From a virus (Duplodnaviria; Caudoviricetes), in the IMG/VR virus record IMGVR_UViG_3300020399_000132, positions 1 through 64,000 of that record: a stretch of DNA of 64,000 nt, one strand, 5' to 3'. The position numbers were made by a program, and so were the translations under genes. This document shows positions 58,685 to 64,000 of the stretch, one piece after another. Below the pieces are notes generated by a model. The model saw only the letters and a program-made list of their open reading frames with translations, did not search any database and had not been told where the DNA came from. Numbering within the stretch: position 1 is the stretch's first letter; each line of letters begins with the position of its first letter.

Positions 58685-58762
58685 CTGGCTTTTGCAGTGG
58701 GACTCACCACCAGTTAAAATCATGCTGAGAATCGCTCTTGCGAAGGGTCTGTTCTCAGACAT
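58685..58762 (-). promoter_or_regulatory. structured 5' leader (two hairpins) between a late-promoter-like CATAAATA and the RBS
   Basis: ATGTCTGAGAA/TTCTCAGCAT stem with inner GCAA-capped hairpin; CTGG/CCAG stem with inner GTGG/CCAC; AAGGAG follows. Confidence 0.5.
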
Positions 58763-58770
58763 CCAAATAT

Positions 58771-59613
58771 TTATGATACCAATCCTAAGCGTTCTAATTC
58801 ATCTATAATGTCCGCGGCAGTTGTTGCGCCGGCGACAAAAGTAGAATTAGCTGCAACAGGAGCTGTACCATAAAATCCAACTATATCGGTCGCGCTTCCT
58901 ATTTGTACGCCACCTCTAAATCTCATTACTGTAGTATTAGCGGAAATATACATATCTTTTTCGACACCATCTTCGAGTGCCATATCAATGCCAGATTCTA
59001 ATTGCATATTTCCGGTTTCAGAAAAGTTACTAGTAAAAGAACCATTATCTGGAACGCTATCTTCTATTAGTAGACTACCTTGAAAATCAATTCTTGATTC
59101 TATTAAACCAACAATTTGCCATCGATCGGTCGCCTTATGGCCGGTAACTGTATCAAATTTAATACTAACGCCATTGGCAAGGGCTTGATTAGTTCCATCA
59201 ATATCAACAGTTGTCGCGCCGGATGAAGTATCTCCATCTCTCCACCATTTAAAAGTGTCATTGGCGGTTATGGAAGTACCATCAATTTCAACATGCCATA
59301 CTGAATTTTCTTCTAAATCAAGGGTTCCTAAAATAACTGTTAAATCATCAACTTCACCTTTTATTATTTCAGGTTGTAAAGCAGTTTTAGAATTTCTTAA
59401 ATTTATGTCTCTGGCAACATTTGTATCAGCGCGGGATTGAATTTTATTAGCAACACTTCTTGTGGTTTTATCCGTAGATAAAGCTGATAATAAATTATCT
59501 AACCTTATCTTTTTATTAACTGGATTACCAATTGGATCATCTACTATGATTAATAAATCTTCGGAGGTAGGCGATTCATGAGTATTCAAAGCTGGTATAG
59601 TTTTGTCTGCCAT
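58771..59613 (-). CDS. putative virion fibre/decoration protein, N-terminal paralog of 57954-58673
   Basis: MADKTIPAL..EDLLIIVDDP.GNPVNKK. Confidence 0.65.
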   Translation of the reverse strand: MADKTIPALNTHESPTSEDLLIIVDDPIGNPVNKKIRLDNLLSALSTDKTTRSVANKIQSRADTNVARDINLRNSKTALQPEIIKGEVDDLTVILGTLDLEENSVWHVEIDGTSITANDTFKWWRDGDTSSGATTVDIDGTNQALANGVSIKFDTVTGHKATDRWQIVGLIESRIDFQGSLLIEDSVPDNGSFTSNFSETGNMQLESGIDMALEDGVEKDMYISANTTVMRFRGGVQIGSATDIVGFYGTAPVAANSTFVAGATTAADIIDELERLGLVS

Positions 59614-59856
59614 TTATTTCTTCGATTCTGGTTCAAGTTCTTTCAGTTCGGGTACTTCAACGTCCACAGATTCAGCTGTCGTTAAAATATCATCGCAAGC
59701 ACTAATTGCACCTGCGTAAGCTTGTATATTAGCTTTTGTTTGCTCAACTTCTTGAAGCTGCTGCGAAAGCTGTTTTTCAAACTCGACTTTCGCAGCTACA
59801 TGTTGATTGCGTTTTTCAACAATTGTGCTCACATTTATATTTTCAATATATTCCAT
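59614..59856 (-). CDS. small coiled-coil protein
   Basis: Gln/Glu heptads; GAIS motif. Confidence 0.6.
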   Translation of the reverse strand: MEYIENINVSTIVEKRNQHVAAKVEFEKQLSQQLQEVEQTKANIQAYAGAISACDDILTTAESVDVEVPELKELEPESKK

Positions 59857-59870
59857 AATTTAATTAATTA

Positions 59871-60464
59871 TTAAGCAACTGTAATTTGTGAATAACCAAT
59901 TGCTGTTTTAACTGCTGCAGTTAACCTACCTGATGCTAATTCTAGGGCAGTTCCTGATACTGCATCTTTTAGATCTGATCGATTACCCATTGATACATTA
60001 GCCGCAAGATCATAAGTTGTTGCTTGTGAACTTGTTGCGGTAAACCTTAACACGTTTCCTGATACGCCGTCAGCTATTGCTGTTCCAGAAATATGTGTGA
60101 CAGTTGCAGTTACGTTTGAACCAGCTCCTGCTGTGAGTAACAGAGTCGCGGCCGAACCAGCTGTATAAGTTATACGTTCATCATAGGCAATTTCAAATAC
60201 GATATTACCTGCAGAACCGTGTGCTGTAGAAGTCACAATTCTATGATTTGACATTGTTGGATGTTTCAATCCTACGGATGCAGTTGCACCAGCGAGACCG
60301 CCAATTGCAACTAAAATTTCTGGTGCGTCACTTCCCGGAAGTTTAGTTTCCCAACCTCGATTAGTTGCGTAGACCCCAGTTTTGTCATACGTATGACCTG
60401 CCGAATCGGGCAACCATTTAGGTTTATTGGAAGCCGCATCGTGAGTTGTTCCCCATAAAGGCAT
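59871..60464 (-). CDS. putative virion structural protein
   Basis: MPLWG...KPKWL...GW...E.LVAIG N-terminus; Ala/Thr/Gly-rich; AAGGAG RBS; late promoter upstream. Confidence 0.65.
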   Translation of the reverse strand: MPLWGTTHDAASNKPKWLPDSAGHTYDKTGVYATNRGWETKLPGSDAPEILVAIGGLAGATASVGLKHPTMSNHRIVTSTAHGSAGNIVFEIAYDERITYTAGSAATLLLTAGAGSNVTATVTHISGTAIADGVSGNVLRFTATSSQATTYDLAANVSMGNRSDLKDAVSGTALELASGRLTAAVKTAIGYSQITVA

Positions 60465-60494
60465 CTTGTTCTCCTTAATTTGTTAGTTATTTAA

Positions 60495-60502
60495 TATTTA
60501 TA
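60495..60502 (-). promoter_or_regulatory. T4-type late promoter TATAAATA
   Basis: Exact gp55 consensus about 30 nt upstream of the 60464 start. Confidence 0.7.
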
Positions 60503-61241
60503 ATAATTTTTTAAATTCATTTATAGATATTGTATCTATATTAGAAATTTCTTTATTAAAACACCATTCTTCCTGAACATGAATAAAGTCAACTTCAGGA
60601 AAATAATCTGTAAATATTACTTCAAAATTCTGAATCCATCCTTTTGCCTTGACGGGTAAAGCATAACTCGGAGCATAACAATAAGTATCTTTATATATAT
60701 TATTTACTTTTCCATTATTTATGTTAAAATCAAAACCCATTAAATAAACCTTGTCGGGTTTTTCATTCTCACAACATAGCCAAGTCGCAAGAGGTCCTGA
60801 ATCTAACAAAGGTATATGTTTTAAATCATCAACTACATTTATCTTATCTTCTTCCGATATCCATGTGAACCAATAGCATGGTTTTTCTTGTAAATCCATT
60901 GTATGGGTATCATCATGAAAAACTCTACTAATTTCTTGTCCGTAATGCGCGAATTTATAATCTGTTTTTTTATTCTCTATTACTTTTATTCCGGGCTCTA
61001 ACGTTGACCGAAAAACTGGATACATATCTGGATCCAGTAACTGAAAATTTCTAAACCAGCATTGTTGTAACTTAGGATAATCAGAAGTAACAAGTTCATG
61101 TAACATCTTATTATCTATGCATATAAGATTAGTTGGAGTCCAATCTCTATACATCGCATTGCAACCATATGTTATATGATTTAATAATAAATCTAAATTA
61201 AATTCTTTACGACTTTCACCGTTTCCTATCACTACATACAT
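60498..61241 (-). CDS. hypothetical protein with a Rossmann-like GNGES motif (glycosyltransferase/sialyltransferase-like)
   Basis: VIGNGESR, YGCNA.YRD, SGP.A, VYLMGFD, NNIYKDT. Confidence 0.55.
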   Translation of the reverse strand: MYVVIGNGESRKEFNLDLLLNHITYGCNAMYRDWTPTNLICIDNKMLHELVTSDYPKLQQCWFRNFQLLDPDMYPVFRSTLEPGIKVIENKKTDYKFAHYGQEISRVFHDDTHTMDLQEKPCYWFTWISEEDKINVVDDLKHIPLLDSGPLATWLCCENEKPDKVYLMGFDFNINNGKVNNIYKDTYCYAPSYALPVKAKGWIQNFEVIFTDYFPEVDFIHVQEEWCFNKEISNIDTISINEFKKLL

Positions 61242-61253
61242 TACTATATTTTA

Positions 61254-63998
61254 CTATACAGTTGGATTAATTTCCACTCCATAGCCGGGTTCTGCTACTT
61301 TAGGTGATGCATATGAATAAGCATCTCCAACCCTAGTAATTTGTCCTGCTTGAACCATGTCATCTAAGAGTTTTTGCACTTTTGATGGGCTACATCTTAA
61401 TGTTCTGGCAATAGTTGAGGCAGAAGCGGGTTCATCGGAAACAGCGAATTCAGCGCCAACTGGTTCGCCATCGGTACTAGCAAAAGAACTTCGGAACAAT
61501 TCTAAAATTTGATCCTGTAATGAAGTATCTTCATTTGTTTCAGACATTTTGTTCTTAAATTTTCGAACAAAAGCTAATCCTGTACTTTCTTTCATATTCT
61601 TCTCTTCTGGTTCCATTTTTATTTTATTATTAATTTTACCATTTTCTTTTACTTTGGAATCATTTTCATCATCTTCTTTCTTCATTGCTTTAGAAACTGC
61701 TTTCCTTTTTTTATGTAAAAATTTATCAGAATCATCCGCGTCACCATCATTATCAATATCTTTATCTTTACGATTTTTAAACTTCTTTTGAACAGCATCC
61801 GGTTGAACTGCATCTAATCCTTCGCCATCATCAGCAGTATTATTCTTATTAGTTTCTTTAGTTATTATCGGTTCTACTGGCTGTCTCTTACCTAGAATTT
61901 CTTTGGCTTTTTCGTAAGCTAATTTTTTAATTTTTTCTTTAAAAATTCTACGTCTGGCATCGAGTCTTTCGGGTGTTTGATCTTCAAAGTCTTCAACCAT
62001 TTCTCCGTCTGGATCATAACTTCCACCAATTAAAGCAGAACCAACCGCACCTAATACTTTTCCTCTTGTTGATGTCGCCGCGGCCTTTTTAAGACCAGGA
62101 TCATCTGCTAACTTTGTTTGAGTTAGTTTCTTTCTGGCTCTTTCTTTGGCTTCCGCATCCATTCTTTTCTGTTGTGCTTTGTCTGCATCAGCTCCAACTG
62201 CAGCTCGTCCCTGATCAGCTTTAGTTTGAACTTGTTTTGTTTGTTGAGTTTGGGTTTGCGCCTTTTTCTTTTGATCTTTTACGGCTTTATCTGCGATTTT
62301 ATCTGCATCAGATGTCACAGTCCGAACTCCAGCAGTTTTGACTGCTTGAGAGGGCCCGCTAGCGAGATCCTTTACGCCCCTCTTTACAGCACCTCCAATT
62401 TTTTTCAATAGGCCCGGTTTTTGTTTAGCTTTCAGTGATGCTATTCTTTCTTTCTCTGTCTCAATATTTGCTAAATTATCATGATGTGTCTGCATTGCAT
62501 CGGCTTTACGTGTCAGTTTATCTGATTTGTTTTGAACCCTACCAGTGTGCGTCATGAAGTTCGGTAATTCTGCTAACACTTCCTCATCTTCTAATTGATT
62601 TACAAAAGACGCGAATGAAGTTTGTTCATCTTCATTAAGAGAATTATACATTTCGATGACCTCGTCAACAACTCGTTCGGTTATATCTGAATCATCCGTA
62701 ATCATTTGACCACAAGCTTTTTCTAAATCTTCTAATTCACATTCATCTGCTAATTTTTGAACTTCGGGTGAAGGAGCATCAATTGTTCCCATTTTAGTAG
62801 CATAAGCAAGAGAAACTAATCTGCGCTCTGTATTTTTAATTAACCTCTCACCAATTTCTCCCCATGTTAATTCATGATATTTTTTATACATTCCTTCAAG
62901 AATAAATTTATGAGAAGGTATGAAACATTCATCATATTGCTCTGTTTTCATTTTTTTCATAACCGAATTAGCTACTTTTTGATCGGTCATTAGAACCATC
63001 AAAACACTTTGTCGAGCATCTTCTGACATCTTATCTAGATAAGGTGCTAATTTAGCATAATCTTTTTTAGATACTAGCGAAGCGGCACCTTCGATTGAAA
63101 GTCTATCTTTTCCTCTAACAGCTTTGGCTAATTCTTTAATTTGTTGAGCTATTCCTTTTGATGTGGGAAGTTCTTTTGATTCGGTTTGTGCTCCTTGATC
63201 ACACCACCCACAATGTTCTTCGATATCATGATAATTATTAAATATATTTTTAGCCCATTCCATATTTGTTACTGTATCTTGTTTCTTGGAAAAATCTGGC
63301 TCTTCTATTCCTTTAACCCTCTTCTTCAAATTGTCATCCCTGTAATCTTTTTTATTCAAACTTTTTTTCTGCTTTAATCTTTTTTCATCAACTGGCATCC
63401 AACTTTCTTTTTTGGCGCGAATAGCTTTTTTGTAAGGTGAGTCGTTGACATCAGCTGCCGCTCTGAATTTGCTGGCTTGGTTCGCCCTCTTTAGTGCTTG
63501 CTGTTTGCTGTCCCGCCGTATCCTCTCGTCTCCTCTGTCCGCGGACGTATGACGATCTACTTCGGCTCTTTGTGTTGCGGCGTCATCGTCTGCTTTCTTG
63601 GCTGCGCGCTTTAAAAGTTCAGTTGAGAGTTCATCAACTGGCCTCCAACTTTCTTTTTTAGCGTACCAGTCGTCCTTTCTCCTCTCTTGGTCGCTTTTTG
63701 GAGCCGGCAATGAAACTTTTTTCTTTACAGGTGCTTTTTTGTGCATTTGAGGATTTGCGTCTTTGTGAGCTGCATAAGCATCATCTCCTTTATACCAGGC
63801 AGCCCGGACATCATCTTGATAATCTTCCGATTGTCGCTTTTTCTCTGCTTCTTTTTTCTGAAGGGCCGCGGCGAATTTGTTGCCTTGTTTCTCTCTCTTT
63901 TCGCCTTCTTTCTTTTCTCTTGCCTTTGGTGTGGGATTGAAGTAGCTCTTTTCCGCGTCTCTTGCGTCTGATGCTTTATTATAGGCTGCGTTTCTTGC
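61254..63998 (-). CDS. large charged low-complexity protein, probable internal head protein (partial; frame stays open to the right edge)
   Basis: No in-frame stop between 63746 and the edge; K/E/A-rich; DIDNDGDADDSD.FLHK.RKA motif; many (L/I/V/M)xE sites. Confidence 0.65.
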   Translation of the reverse strand, partial: ARNAAYNKASDARDAEKSYFNPTPKAREKKEGEKREKQGNKFAAALQKKEAEKKRQSEDYQDDVRAAWYKGDDAYAAHKDANPQMHKKAPVKKKVSLPAPKSDQERRKDDWYAKKESWRPVDELSTELLKRAAKKADDDAATQRAEVDRHTSADRGDERIRRDSKQQALKRANQASKFRAAADVNDSPYKKAIRAKKESWMPVDEKRLKQKKSLNKKDYRDDNLKKRVKGIEEPDFSKKQDTVTNMEWAKNIFNNYHDIEEHCGWCDQGAQTESKELPTSKGIAQQIKELAKAVRGKDRLSIEGAASLVSKKDYAKLAPYLDKMSEDARQSVLMVLMTDQKVANSVMKKMKTEQYDECFIPSHKFILEGMYKKYHELTWGEIGERLIKNTERRLVSLAYATKMGTIDAPSPEVQKLADECELEDLEKACGQMITDDSDITERVVDEVIEMYNSLNEDEQTSFASFVNQLEDEEVLAELPNFMTHTGRVQNKSDKLTRKADAMQTHHDNLANIETEKERIASLKAKQKPGLLKKIGGAVKRGVKDLASGPSQAVKTAGVRTVTSDADKIADKAVKDQKKKAQTQTQQTKQVQTKADQGRAAVGADADKAQQKRMDAEAKERARKKLTQTKLADDPGLKKAAATSTRGKVLGAVGSALIGGSYDPDGEMVEDFEDQTPERLDARRRIFKEKIKKLAYEKAKEILGKRQPVEPIITKETNKNNTADDGEGLDAVQPDAVQKKFKNRKDKDIDNDGDADDSDKFLHKKRKAVSKAMKKEDDENDSKVKENGKINNKIKMEPEEKNMKESTGLAFVRKFKNKMSETNEDTSLQDQILELFRSSFASTDGEPVGAEFAVSDEPASASTIARTLRCSPSKVQKLLDDMVQAGQITRVGDAYSYASPKVAEPGYGVEINPTV
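63384..63663. repeat. 34-bp direct repeat pair (63384-63417 and 63630-63663, 2 mismatches)
   Basis: TTCATCAACTGGC(A/C)TCCAACTTTCTTTTTT(G/A)GCG; encodes AKKESW(M/R)PVDE twice. Confidence 0.85.
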
Positions 63999-64000
63999 GC

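Noticed and set aside
266-63971. Many short plus-strand and nested ORFs in the ORF track (e.g. 22097-22567, 52990-53439, 45196-45534, 6253-6561)
   Set aside because: They lie antisense or out of frame within well-supported genes and show no recognisable motifs; treated as shadow ORFs

Overview
AT-rich segment of a large T4-like (Tevenvirinae-related, probably marine) phage genome; nearly all genes are on the minus strand. Conserved core genes are present (gp32, gp59, gp33, RNase H, primase gp61, ThyX, class II RNR, RuvC-like resolvase, late virion genes). About 41 kb of accessory DNA lies between the RNase H/exonuclease block and gp33-gp59-gp32. It holds (i) a 7-deazaguanine cluster (folE, TGT/DpdA-like, queC, stand-alone class II glutamine amidotransferase), (ii) a circularly permuted two-piece tmRNA whose intervening segment is filled by an RBS and a 30-aa membrane-peptide ORF, and (iii) a ~36-kb translationally coupled tailoring-enzyme island. 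The island encodes 16 radical SAM enzymes (2 cobalamin-dependent), 2 flavin-dependent halogenases, 5 2OG-Fe(II)-type oxygenases, methyltransferases, glycosyltransferases, a QueC-like ATPase, a minimal adenylation enzyme, a nitroreductase, an aldo-keto reductase and an MTA/SAH nucleosidase-like protein. A separate heptose/glycan cassette lies at 46.8-50.8 kb. All family calls come from motif recognition by eye; no database searches were run.
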